This document shows, in pieces, positions 46,537 to 56,202 of a stretch of DNA of 64,000 bases. Within the stretch, counting starts at the first letter, position 1. Every line of letters starts with the position of its first letter. This stretch comes from Clostridia bacterium. Lineage in GTDB: Bacteria; Bacillota; Clostridia; Christensenellales; CAG-138. The translations under genes were made by a program, and so were the position numbers. Under the pieces are notes generated by a model. The model saw nothing but the letters and a program-made list of their open reading frames with translations. It was not told the origin of the DNA and made no database searches. The stretch lies in contig JAFSEB010000071.1 of assembly GCA_017435905.1 (NCBI GenBank), positions 8 through 64,007 on the forward strand. The letters run 5' to 3'.

Positions 46537-48699
46537 TCAAACGTTGATCCTGTAGACCTCGTTGACCATGTTGACTTTTTTCATTTGCTTGATGATGGAT
46601 TCAAGCTGGTCCGCACTTGTGACATCAAAGGACATCTGCAGGTTCACCACATCGCCGGTGGTTTTGGCGTTCATGGATTTGATGCTGATATTGAGGTTCA
46701 AAAGCACCTGCGATATCTCAAGCAGCAAGCCCGCCCGTTCGCCTGCCTGCACCTGAATGCTGGCGGTATATGTGGTCTTGGCGGACTTTGTCCATTCCAC
46801 CTCGATGAAACGCTCCGGTTCCACCATCAGGTCGTCCATATTGGGGCAATCCTCCCGGTGGATGGAAACGCCTCTGCCGCGGGTGATGTACCCGACGATC
46901 TTATCGCCCGGCAGGGGGCTGCAGCAGTGGGCAAAGCGGATCACCATATTGGGATCGCCCTTTACGATCACACCTCTGCCCTGATGGTCGCCGGACTGCA
47001 TCCGCTGTTCCTTTTGTTCCAGCCACTCGGCAGCCTGCTGTGCCTTCGCTTCTTTGCGGTACTGCTCCAGGAGCTTATGGAGCACCTGCCCGGTGGTGAT
47101 GCCGCCGTAGCCGATGGCTGCGTAAACATCCTCCATGTTGGACATGTTGAAGCGCTTGAGGATATCGTCAAAATACTCATCCTTGGAAAGCTCGCTCAGC
47201 TGCCTGCCCTGACGGCGTGCGGCCTCCGACAGCATTTCCTTGCCTCGCTGGATGTTTTCATCCCTGTTGGCTTTTTTGAACCACTGGCGGATCTTCGCCT
47301 TGGCCTGCTGTGTTTTGACGATCTTGAGCCAGTCGCGGCTCGGGTTCGTATTGGGGGATGTGACGATCTCCACCACATCGTTGTTCTTGAGTTTATAATC
47401 GAGCCTGACGATGGCGCCGTTCACCTTGGCATGCTGCGCATGGTTGCCCACGTTGGAGTGGATGCGGTAAGCAAAGTCAAGGGGCGTGGAGCCCGTAACA
47501 AGGTCGATGATCTGCCCTCGGGGCGTGAGCACGTAAACGTAATCGCTGAAAAAGTCCTTGCGGATGTTTTCCACGAATTCACGGGTGTTATCCGCATAGT
47601 TTTCAAGCTCCAGCGCCTCACGCAGCCATGCAAGCTTGCTGTCAAGCTCATCCCGGTTGGCACGGCCCTCTTTGTACATCCAGTGGGCCGCAATGCCGTA
47701 TTCTGCGGTGCGGTGCATTTCAAAGGTGCGGATCTGCACCTCAAAGGGCATGCCCGTTTCGGAGAAGAGCGTTGTATGCAGCGAACGGTACATGTTCGGC
47801 TTCGGCATGGCAATATAGTCCTTGAACCTGCCGGGGACCGGTTTCCAGATGGCATGGATGACGCCAAGGGCTGCATAGCAATCGTTGATGGTATTCACGA
47901 TGACACGCACGGCGATCAGGTCGAAAATATCCTGTACGCCCCTGTTTTGGCGGATGGTCTTTTTATAGACGCTGTAAAGGTGCTTCGGCCTGCCGTTGAT
48001 CTGCGCTTCGATGCCCGCCGCCTCAAGCTGCCGCTTTGTGGTGGCGATCGCAGATTCAAGGGTCAGCATACGCTCACGCTGCTGCGGTTCGATCTGCTTC
48101 TTCAAAGCCTGGTAATCATCCGGCCAAAGATACTGGAAGCAAAGGTCTTCAAGTTCGCCTTTGATGGCACCCATACCGAAGCGGTGTGCAAGGGGGGCGT
48201 AAACATCAAGCGTTTCCCGTGCCTTGCGAACCTGCTTTTCTTCCGTGCAGTATTCAAGGGTGCGAAGGTTGTGCAGGCGGTCCGTCAGCTTGATGATGAC
48301 CACACGCACGTCCTTTGCAATGGCAAGGAACAGCTTGCGAAGGTTCTCCGCCTGCGCTTCTTCCTTGCTCCAAAGCTCGCTTTTGCCGGTTTTGGTCAGC
48401 TTGGTGACGCCGTCCACCATGGTGGCGATATCCTCGCCAAACTGGGTGCGCAGCATTTCAAGCCCCACTTCCGGGCAATCCTCCACCACATCGTGAAGAA
48501 GGCCTGCGATGACCGTTCGGCTGTCCATGCCCATGTCAAAGAGCATGCGTGCCACCGCTTCCGGATGGGTATAGTAAGGCTCGCCGGATTCACGCTTCTG
48601 CCCGCAATGGGCATTCTTCGCAAAATCGATCGCCTTATCAAGAAGCGCCATTTCTTCCGGTGCAAAACGCTCCGCACAGCAATTATGAAGATCGGTCAT
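46537..48699 (-). CDS. relA: Bifunctional (p)ppGpp synthetase/hydrolase Rel
   Basis: SGEPY..HP, LLHDVVED, KDYIA.PK.N.Y.SLH, EVQIRT, TGS and ACT domains. Confidence 0.96.
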   Translation of the reverse strand: MTDLHNCCAERFAPEEMALLDKAIDFAKNAHCGQKRESGEPYYTHPEAVARMLFDMGMDSRTVIAGLLHDVVEDCPEVGLEMLRTQFGEDIATMVDGVTKLTKTGKSELWSKEEAQAENLRKLFLAIAKDVRVVIIKLTDRLHNLRTLEYCTEEKQVRKARETLDVYAPLAHRFGMGAIKGELEDLCFQYLWPDDYQALKKQIEPQQRERMLTLESAIATTKRQLEAAGIEAQINGRPKHLYSVYKKTIRQNRGVQDIFDLIAVRVIVNTINDCYAALGVIHAIWKPVPGRFKDYIAMPKPNMYRSLHTTLFSETGMPFEVQIRTFEMHRTAEYGIAAHWMYKEGRANRDELDSKLAWLREALELENYADNTREFVENIRKDFFSDYVYVLTPRGQIIDLVTGSTPLDFAYRIHSNVGNHAQHAKVNGAIVRLDYKLKNNDVVEIVTSPNTNPSRDWLKIVKTQQAKAKIRQWFKKANRDENIQRGKEMLSEAARRQGRQLSELSKDEYFDDILKRFNMSNMEDVYAAIGYGGITTGQVLHKLLEQYRKEAKAQQAAEWLEQKEQRMQSGDHQGRGVIVKGDPNMVIRFAHCCSPLPGDKIVGYITRGRGVSIHREDCPNMDDLMVEPERFIEVEWTKSAKTTYTASIQVQAGERAGLLLEISQVLLNLNISIKSMNAKTTGDVVNLQMSFDVTSADQLESIIKQMKKVNMVNEVYRINV

Positions 48700-48732
48700 T
48701 CGCTCACCTCCTTTTCTGTCGGACTATCGGGA

Positions 48733-49245
48733 TCAATACTTGATGACGGCACCCACGTCGTAGCCTTCCAAAACGCTGCGGCCGGGAAGATCCGTCAGTT
48801 CCATGGCAAAGCGGATGCCTGCAACAACGCCGCCCGCCTGCTCGATGAGCTTTGCGGTGGCAAGGGCGGTGCCGCCCGTTGCAAGAAGGTCATCCACGAT
48901 CACGCAGCGGCCGCCTTCCTTGATGGCGGTGGCGTCGATCTCAAGGGAATCGGTGCCGTATTCAAGGGCATATTCGTAGCGAAGAGTCTTGCAGGGCAGC
49001 TTGCCGGGCTTCCTTGCCAGCACAAGACCGGCGCCGAGGGTATAGGCAAGGGCGCTGCCGATGGCAAAGCCGCGTGCTTCCGGTCCAACGACGTAATCGA
49101 TATTCTTATCCTTCAGCTCGGCGGCAAAGGTATCGATCAGGCAGCGGAAGGCTTCCGCATCCTTCAGGAGCGTGGAAACGTCACGGAAAAGAATGCCCTC
49201 TTTGGGGAAATCGGGAACGGTACGAATGGTGTCCTGCAGGTTCAT
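48733..49245 (-). CDS. apt: Adenine phosphoribosyltransferase
   Basis: PDFPKEGILFRD, EARGF, RKPGKLP, YALEYG, VDDLLATGGT. Confidence 0.97.
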   Translation of the reverse strand: MNLQDTIRTVPDFPKEGILFRDVSTLLKDAEAFRCLIDTFAAELKDKNIDYVVGPEARGFAIGSALAYTLGAGLVLARKPGKLPCKTLRYEYALEYGTDSLEIDATAIKEGGRCVIVDDLLATGGTALATAKLIEQAGGVVAGIRFAMELTDLPGRSVLEGYDVGAVIKY

Positions 49246-51761
49246 GGTTGTCCCTCCTCAAGGTTTTGCGTTTGTAATTCAGCCCACCGGCTGTTTAAGA
49301 TACGTTTTGCGTGCCCGTGCATCGTTTCAAGGGATGCGGCGGTGCGGAAAGTCAGACTTTCGGAAAGATCCCGCTTATCCTTCGGTGCTGCGAAACAAAG
49401 CTGTTCCCCCTCTCCCTTTTCAAGGAAGCCGAGTTCGGTGCAGATCTCCGCCGCAAGCATGCAGATATGGGATGGTGCCCCCGTTTCACGTGCAAAATGG
49501 TCGAGCAGCACCGCCCTGTTATAGTAGCTGCCGCCACGCCGTACAAGAGCCTTGTAAAACGGCACAAGGCTTGCCCGGTCAAAGGAAAGGCTTTGAAAAT
49601 GGGAAGCCATATCCCCCTCTTCGGGCTTTGCAACGGCAATTGCCGCATGGGGCGCCAAGGCCGAAAGCGCATCGAGAATGCCGAGGGTAACGGGCGTATC
49701 GTATACGATCACGTGGCGGAAGCGTGAAACAGTCAGCGCATCGAGCACGGGTGCAAATACCGCCGCATGGTAGGCGCAGGGCTGCCTGAGGTTTTTCTCA
49801 AAGCCGATCTCCATCTTTGCGAACAGGTCTTCCTTTTCCGCAAAGCGGAGAAAGCGGATGGCGCCTGCCGGCGTAAAACAAAGCACCAGTGTGCCGGCGA
49901 TGCCACCGGACAGCATCTGCTTCAAATATGCATCGGGATCATCTGCCAATGTGTAAGCACACATGGCATTCATATTATTATATCGAATATTGCACGAGAA
50001 TGCATCAATAAATTTCTTTCTTCTTGCTCCGATATACGCTTCCGCATCCGGTGCGGAGGCGGCACGGATGGCCCGCATTTCAAGCTGCAGGCTTTTTCTG
50101 CCGTTGAACTCGTTTACGGAGGGTACATACAGGATATCCGCACGGCCGTAATCGTTGATCTCATCAAACCGGTCGCCGGCATAAAACCAGACCGCCTCTT
50201 CGTAATGACCGCTTCCCTCAAAGGTGAGACGCAGGTGCTTACCGGATTCACCGATGCGCTGCAGGCGCTTTACCGCTGCGCCGTCCGTGCGGAACACCGG
50301 CATGGGATTTCCCTCGCCAAAGGGCGCCAGCATGGCGATCTCCGCCGCAAGCTGCATGGTCAGTTCCCCAAAGGAGACCTTCTCCTCATAGTGGGCGGCA
50401 GGGCGGAACAGTTCTTCCGCTGCAGCCGTTCTGACGCTCGCATCAAAAGCCTCCCTGAAAGGCTCGAAGTTTTCGGGGGCAAGGGTCATTCCGGCGGCAT
50501 AGGCATGTCCGCCAAAGCGCAGGAAAAAATGCTCGTTCTCCTTGAGAGCGGCATGAAGATCCACCCCTTCCACGGAACGGGCAGAGCCTGTCAAAAGGCC
50601 GTCGTGTTCCGAAAGCAGCACAACGGGTCTGTGGTAGCGCTCCGCAAGCTTGGATGCGGCAATGCCCACAACGCCGCTGTTCCAATCGGGGCTTTTCAGT
50701 ACGATGGTGCGCTTGTCCGTCAGGTCATCCGCCTCGATGGCATGTACTGCATCCTCATACACGGCGCCTTCTTCCCGCTGGCGTGCCTGATTGAGCTGAT
50801 CGAGCCGCTCCGCAAGCTGCAGCGCCCGTCCTTTTTCCGTTTCCGTCAGAAGGGAAACGCTCAGGGAAGCATCCTCCATGCGACCGGCGGCGTTGAGCCT
50901 CGGTGCGATGACGAACACAAGATCCCGGGATGTCAGCGTACGCTTCCGCTCCATCGCCACATCCTGCAGCGCACTGAGACCGAGGGGACAATCCCCCTTG
51001 TTGATGGCATGAAGCCCAAGTGCGGCAAACACCCTGTTTTCCCCCACAAGGGGGACCACATCCGCCGCCGTGGCGATGGCGGCAAGGGAGATATAGGGCA
51101 TGGCGGCATCCCGTCCGCCAAGGGCTTCGATCAGCTTGAAGGCAGTGCCTGCGCCGCAGATGTTCTTGTTCGGATAGGTACACCCTTCCACCGTGTGGCA
51201 CAAAAGTGCCTCACAGGGCGGCAGTTCATCCCCGGGCAGGTGATGATCCGTGACGATCACATCCATGCCGAGTTCCCGACAGCGTTTCAGTTCATGATTT
51301 GCCTTCACGCCGTTATCCACGGTGATGATCAGCTTTGCGCCGCGCTCCTTCAGCCGTTCCACAGCGCCCATGCTCATACCGTAGCCTTCCGTATGTCTGG
51401 AAGGAATATGGTAATCCACATTGGCGCCCTCGCCCCTAAGGTAGAGAAGCAGCATGCTCGTGGCACAGACGCCGTCCGCATCGTAATCGCCGAAAATGAA
51501 GATCTGTTCCCCTTCCCGAACGGCACGGCGGATCCTGTTTACCGCCTTTTCCATGTCACGGAACAGGAAAGGATTGTGCAGCATGCTTTCAGACGGGTGG
51601 AGAAATGCCTTTGCGGCAGCCTCATCGCAAATGCCCCTGCCGATCAAAAGGCGTGCCGTACGCAGGGAGACCGAAAGCGCACCGGAAAGCCGTGCAGCTT
51701 CCTGCAGCAGCACAGCATCTTCCTGTTGCGTCAGTTCGGTGGTGGGCAGATAACGAAGCAT
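49242..51761 (-). CDS. recJ: ssDNA exonuclease RecJ with C-terminal extension
   Basis: GDYDADG, ITVDNG, TDHH, PRLNAAGR, GSARS, GGH..AAG, PFGEGN. Confidence 0.95.
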   Translation of the reverse strand: MLRYLPTTELTQQEDAVLLQEAARLSGALSVSLRTARLLIGRGICDEAAAKAFLHPSESMLHNPFLFRDMEKAVNRIRRAVREGEQIFIFGDYDADGVCATSMLLLYLRGEGANVDYHIPSRHTEGYGMSMGAVERLKERGAKLIITVDNGVKANHELKRCRELGMDVIVTDHHLPGDELPPCEALLCHTVEGCTYPNKNICGAGTAFKLIEALGGRDAAMPYISLAAIATAADVVPLVGENRVFAALGLHAINKGDCPLGLSALQDVAMERKRTLTSRDLVFVIAPRLNAAGRMEDASLSVSLLTETEKGRALQLAERLDQLNQARQREEGAVYEDAVHAIEADDLTDKRTIVLKSPDWNSGVVGIAASKLAERYHRPVVLLSEHDGLLTGSARSVEGVDLHAALKENEHFFLRFGGHAYAAGMTLAPENFEPFREAFDASVRTAAAEELFRPAAHYEEKVSFGELTMQLAAEIAMLAPFGEGNPMPVFRTDGAAVKRLQRIGESGKHLRLTFEGSGHYEEAVWFYAGDRFDEINDYGRADILYVPSVNEFNGRKSLQLEMRAIRAASAPDAEAYIGARRKKFIDAFSCNIRYNNMNAMCAYTLADDPDAYLKQMLSGGIAGTLVLCFTPAGAIRFLRFAEKEDLFAKMEIGFEKNLRQPCAYHAAVFAPVLDALTVSRFRHVIVYDTPVTLGILDALSALAPHAAIAVAKPEEGDMASHFQSLSFDRASLVPFYKALVRRGGSYYNRAVLLDHFARETGAPSHICMLAAEICTELGFLEKGEGEQLCFAAPKDKRDLSESLTFRTAASLETMHGHAKRILNSRWAELQTQNLEEGQP

Positions 51762-51918
51762 AGCCTGTTTTCGTTTCCTTTCAAATAAACAAAAGGCCGA
51801 CCGGATCTGATACCGGGCGACCTTGCATATGATCGCTTGGTCAAACGCAGTCCGCCTTCCTAAGGGAATGCAGACTCCTTTTTGGTCATTATACACAAAA
51901 CAGAAGGTTCCCACAACC

Positions 51919-52314
51919 CTATTTTCCGATGAGCTGCCGCACCGCCCCTGCCGTCATGCCGGAAAGGAGACCAATCAGAAGATCACTCAGAAGCGCCTCT
52001 GAAACCACAAACGTATCCGACAAAACAGAAAACACCATAAACGCAAGCAGCGTATAAAACAGCCCCGTTAAAGCACCCGTAAGCCACCGCCGCCTTGCGC
52101 ACCTGCGCACGGCAAACAGCGCTGCGGCAGCGGCAGAAAGCACCTTGATGAGCGCATTCACAAGGCGTATGCTTTCTGCCGGAAGCAGCTCTTTCCAAAG
52201 GGCAAGCGCATACAAAAAGATCAGCATGACGCTGACGAGTGCCCCAAGCATGCCGCCTTTTATCACTTCCATCCCCATGCGCGATGCCTTTGCGCCATTC
52301 CTCATGTTCTGCAT
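51919..52314 (-). CDS. TIGR04086-like membrane protein
   Basis: Four hydrophobic segments; usual position after yajC; AAGGAAGG RBS. Confidence 0.7.
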   Translation of the reverse strand: MQNMRNGAKASRMGMEVIKGGMLGALVSVMLIFLYALALWKELLPAESIRLVNALIKVLSAAAAALFAVRRCARRRWLTGALTGLFYTLLAFMVFSVLSDTFVVSEALLSDLLIGLLSGMTAGAVRQLIGK

Positions 52315-52402
52315 CAAAACACCTTCCTTCCGGAATAAATCTATGCGGCGGTATATAAAAAAAGAGCTGCGCAGGCAGCTCTTTTTTGCTGTATTTCGGT
52401 TC

Positions 52403-52729
52403 TTATTTGACGGTGCCGTCTTCCATGGTGTTTTCCACAGCAACGTCTTCCACATTGGCGATAGCGCCGCGTGCAAACACGAGCTGTACACGGTCGGGGC
52501 CGACGGAGATGGTGATAACATCATCCTTTGCGCTCACAACAGTGCCGTAGATGCCGCCGATGGTGCGTACACGGTCGCCCGGCTTAATAGCAGCAAGCAT
52601 TTCCTTGATCTTCTTTTCACGCCTGCGCTGGGGGATGATCATGATGAGCATCATGACGACCATCATGACGATGAGAAGGCCGCCGCCGCTGAAGAAAGTC
52701 CCCAGAGAATCCATAAAACCCGCGTTCAT
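52403..52729 (-). CDS. yajC: Preprotein translocase subunit YajC
   Basis: TM then PQRRREKK, GDRVRTIGGIYG. Confidence 0.93.
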   Translation of the reverse strand: MNAGFMDSLGTFFSGGGLLIVMMVVMMLIMIIPQRRREKKIKEMLAAIKPGDRVRTIGGIYGTVVSAKDDVITISVGPDRVQLVFARGAIANVEDVAVENTMEDGTVK

Positions 52730-52864
52730 TCCGATAAATACCGTCCTTACTTCAATAATTCAATGCGCCGGCAGTTTTCATCCTGCCGTTCCATAAAATG
52801 ATAATACGAAGGTGGGCATGCAGTCAAGCACAATCGCCCATCCTTTTCATAATGTCACATTTTC

Positions 52865-53752
52865 TCAACAAAATTCAATGGTACAGTTCTGTTTTTTTGC
52901 ACCGGAAAGAAGCACTTCAAGGCTTTCCGCCCCCGTATCCGCAAGAAGCGCCGCCGTATCGATGGGGCAAAGCATGCTGAACATCATCCGCTCGTCGGAA
53001 GAAATACCCGGCAGCGAAAACCCTGCCGGCAGGCGGAAGCGAAGCTGTTTTCCGAAGCGGCCGAGCGCCGCAAGCAGCGGAAGGATATCCCTGCCCGCAA
53101 GCTCCGAAAGGGAGATCTCCTCTTCCCCCATGTATGCAATGGCATAGGCTTGTTTAGATACAAACACCTTGCCGCCGGCGGCTTCTGCTTCAAGGAGCGT
53201 ATTTTCCATATACCGCAGCGAGCGCACCATCATGCCGTTATACGCTTTTGCAAAGCCTTCATACAGGCAAAGCATGTGCGCCGCATCCGGTGCAAGCAGT
53301 TCCGCAGGCTGTACATGTGCAAGCTGCACGGGATCCAACCGGTAGCAATCATGCCAACCGAAGGGACGGTAGCCGAAGGGGCCGTAAATATCCGCATCGG
53401 GCTTGAGCACCGCAGCGCAGACACCTTTTTCCCTGAGCCATGCTTCGCTTGTGCGCAGCATGGCAGCCGCAGCGCCCTGCATGCGGTATTCGGGCAGCGT
53501 GGCAACCCCCGTTACGAGGGCGCATCTCTTCAAGGTACCGCCAAAGCGCAGCGGATAGGGCAGCGCATGCAGCGTGCCGATCATCTCCCCTGCCGGCGTG
53601 AATGCCGCAAGGATGTATTCGGCTTTTGTGCGCCTTGAAAAGTAAAAATCGGAATAGCTGTCCGCATCCTCCGGAAAGCAGCGATCCCATACCGCTTTTG
53701 CGGCAGCAAATTCCCTTTGTTCGATGGGGCGGACAATATGTGTCACAGGCAA
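52865..53752 (-). CDS. Eis-like GNAT N-acetyltransferase
   Basis: GVATLPEYRMQG, Y.PFGY; overlaps the DUF2156 stop. Confidence 0.82.
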   Translation of the reverse strand: MPVTHIVRPIEQREFAAAKAVWDRCFPEDADSYSDFYFSRRTKAEYILAAFTPAGEMIGTLHALPYPLRFGGTLKRCALVTGVATLPEYRMQGAAAAMLRTSEAWLREKGVCAAVLKPDADIYGPFGYRPFGWHDCYRLDPVQLAHVQPAELLAPDAAHMLCLYEGFAKAYNGMMVRSLRYMENTLLEAEAAGGKVFVSKQAYAIAYMGEEEISLSELAGRDILPLLAALGRFGKQLRFRLPAGFSLPGISSDERMMFSMLCPIDTAALLADTGAESLEVLLSGAKKQNCTIEFC

Positions 53753-54636
53753 TACCCCCGATACTTTTCGATCAGAAACGCAGGGTAATAGGAAAGCTTC
53801 GCCTTGCGAAGGCCGGGAATACCCATATCCTCTTCCCTGTTGATGTACTGCATATGGGAAAACTCCCGCTGCGCAAACTGCTGGTTGATGATGGTATAAA
53901 GACCGGGCACGCTGCTGTCCGCCTTCTCGATATGGATGACGGCGATCTCGTTATCGATCTCCTCGCCGAGGGTAAAGGCCGCAAGCTTGCCGCCGATGCG
54001 GATTCCGCCGCCCTTGATGCGGAGCACATCCATCGCCGAGATGGCACGTTCGATGGCACAGCGTTCGCCGAGGGCACCCGGTTCCGTGGGATCTTTGCCG
54101 AGGATCCACTCATCGTACACCGCAAGGCACTCTTCGAGCATATCCTTTGTGACGGGCACGTATTCAAAGCTGTCGCCGTATTCCGCACGGAATTTATTGA
54201 TGTGGTTACGCTTGGCGTGCAGCTTTTTGCCTGCAAGGGTGCAGAGACTTTCTGCGGAATACACATAGTCCGCATTGTCCCTGTCCTCTTCAAGGGAATA
54301 GCCCTCCACCCCCTTGAACGCCTCGTAAATGGGGCCGGAGATCGCCCGGAAGCAAGGGACTTCGCCCCGCTTTTCAAACTCTTTTACCGCTTTTTTGAGC
54401 ACTGTACCGTAATCGGCGGAAGGGTCTTGTGAAAGGGGCGCAAACATAAAGGGCTTCCCCTGCCCGTAGCGGGCAAAGAAGAACAGGGCGCCATCCTCCT
54501 CTGCGAGTTCAAGGTGCGCTTCCTTTCCCCAGATGTAAAGGTTCGTAAAGGTATATTCGGAGCACTGCAGATGCCAGGGTTTCGTGTAGCGCTCTACAAG
54601 CTCCTTCATTTCAAGTTCGATCGGTCGGAATTCCAT
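53743..54636 (-). CDS. Stand-alone DUF2156 (aminoacyl-tRNA-dependent transferase-like domain)
   Basis: EYTFTNLYIW, RDNADYVY, LAGKKLHAKRNHINKF, HIEKA, INREEDMGIPGLRKAKLSY. Confidence 0.9.
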   Translation of the reverse strand: MEFRPIELEMKELVERYTKPWHLQCSEYTFTNLYIWGKEAHLELAEEDGALFFFARYGQGKPFMFAPLSQDPSADYGTVLKKAVKEFEKRGEVPCFRAISGPIYEAFKGVEGYSLEEDRDNADYVYSAESLCTLAGKKLHAKRNHINKFRAEYGDSFEYVPVTKDMLEECLAVYDEWILGKDPTEPGALGERCAIERAISAMDVLRIKGGGIRIGGKLAAFTLGEEIDNEIAVIHIEKADSSVPGLYTIINQQFAQREFSHMQYINREEDMGIPGLRKAKLSYYPAFLIEKYRGYCL

Positions 54637-54707
54637 ATTTCCTCTTATTTTGATTTTGTGCCTGTCGGCATGCGGTGCAATGCGCCGCAGATCGTATCTA
54701 TCGGTTT

Positions 54708-55856
54708 TCAGCGCAGCAGCACGGTCACCGCACGGGCGGTGATGCACTTTCCTGCACCCTCATCATTCATTTTCTCGCTTGTGGTGGCTTTTATGCTCAC
54801 CCGTTCCAAGGGAACGCCAAGCGCCTCCGCAATGATCTTCCGCATGGCATCGATATGCGGCGCCAGCTTCGGGCGCTGCGCCACAACGGTGATATCCGCA
54901 TTGCCGAAGGCAAAGCCTTTTTGCTTCACAAGCGCCCATGCTTCCTTGAGCAGCAGCACGGAACTGATACCCCTGTAGCGCTCATCCGTATCGGGGAAAT
55001 GGCGCCCGATGTCGCCAAGGGCTGCCGCACCGAGGATGGCATCCGTCAGCGCATGGCAAAGAACATCCGCATCCGAATGGCCGAGAAGCCCCTTTTCATA
55101 AGGGATCTCCACGCCGCCGAGGATGAGCTTTCTTCCCTCCTGCAGCACATGGGTATCCTCCCCGTAGCCGATAGCAGGAACTGTCTTTTCAAGCGCCGCC
55201 CGGAAAAAGGGGATATCCTCCGGGTAGGTCAGTTTCTGGTTCATAATGCTTCCTTCCGTAAAAAAGGGAACGTGACCCTGCAGGCGGTAAAGGGCACAGT
55301 CATCGGTAACGGTGATGCCCTGCGCCTTTGCTGCCGAATATGCATCATAGATCAGGCGAAGTTCAAAGGCCTGCGGCGTCTGCATCAGGCGGAGCCTGTC
55401 CCGGGGAAGGTCGTTTCCCTCGCTGTCACGCACCGTGTCACGCACGGGAATGGCGGCAATGCCGCTGCCGTATAGGGCGGCGCCTTCCACCGCCGCATCG
55501 ATCACAGCACCCGACACAAGGCAGCGTGCCGCATCGTGAATGGCGGCGATGCCATCCGTTTCGCCGGAGCGCACCAGAAAAGAAAGCGCATTGAAGACGG
55601 AATCCCCCCGGGTTTCACCGCCTCCCACAACAAACACGTTTTCTTCTTCCGCCGCAAGGGCTTCCGCCTGCGGACGCACCGCATCCGATGTGACGATCAC
55701 GGTCTTTGAGGGCGGATGGCTGCTTCTTTGGAACGCCTCATAGGAAAGGCGAAGCGGCGTTTTGCCGCCAAAGGTAAGCTCTATTTTATTTTGGCCCATG
55801 CGTGTGCCGCTGCCTGCTGCAAGGAGCACCGCAAAGACCTTTTTTTCGGGCAGCAT
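54708..55856 (-). CDS. ispDF: Bifunctional IspD/IspF
   Basis: [26 protein letters not shown]; then G.GEDTH, GHSDADV..HA..DAILGA, KATT.E. Confidence 0.94.
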   Translation of the reverse strand: MLPEKKVFAVLLAAGSGTRMGQNKIELTFGGKTPLRLSYEAFQRSSHPPSKTVIVTSDAVRPQAEALAAEEENVFVVGGGETRGDSVFNALSFLVRSGETDGIAAIHDAARCLVSGAVIDAAVEGAALYGSGIAAIPVRDTVRDSEGNDLPRDRLRLMQTPQAFELRLIYDAYSAAKAQGITVTDDCALYRLQGHVPFFTEGSIMNQKLTYPEDIPFFRAALEKTVPAIGYGEDTHVLQEGRKLILGGVEIPYEKGLLGHSDADVLCHALTDAILGAAALGDIGRHFPDTDERYRGISSVLLLKEAWALVKQKGFAFGNADITVVAQRPKLAPHIDAMRKIIAEALGVPLERVSIKATTSEKMNDEGAGKCITARAVTVLLR

Positions 55857-55857
55857 G

Positions 55858-56106
55858 TTATTCCTCCCCCAGCACTTCATACATGGAGGAAGCATCCGCC
55901 TTTGCGGCATGTTCCTGCACGCTCACAACACGAAGGCGCATGTTTTTGCCGCCAAGAAGCACTGTGAGCACGTCTCCCTCTTTCACTTCAGCCGAGGGCT
56001 TTGCGACCTTCCCGTTGATCTGCACCCTGCCAAGACCTGCCGCCTCATTGGCAACGGTCCTGCGTTTGATGATACGGGATACCTTTAAGTACTTATCAAG
56101 CCGCAT
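55858..56106 (-). CDS. yabO: S4-domain RNA-binding protein (YabO/RqcP)
   Basis: [22 protein letters not shown]; GGAGG RBS. Confidence 0.92.
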   Translation of the reverse strand: MRLDKYLKVSRIIKRRTVANEAAGLGRVQINGKVAKPSAEVKEGDVLTVLLGGKNMRLRVVSVQEHAAKADASSMYEVLGEE

Positions 56107-56202
56107 AGCATAAACCTCCAACGGTATTTTTCCAAAGTACAGTATAAAGAAAAACGGCGGCGGAATCAACCGCCGCCGCACATTTTACGCCTTTTGTTCC
56201 TT

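Noticed and set aside
51762-51918. SCIFF (scfA) peptide gene at its usual position after the TIGR04086-like gene
   Set aside because: No six-cysteine ORF in this interval and no scfB radical SAM gene follows.
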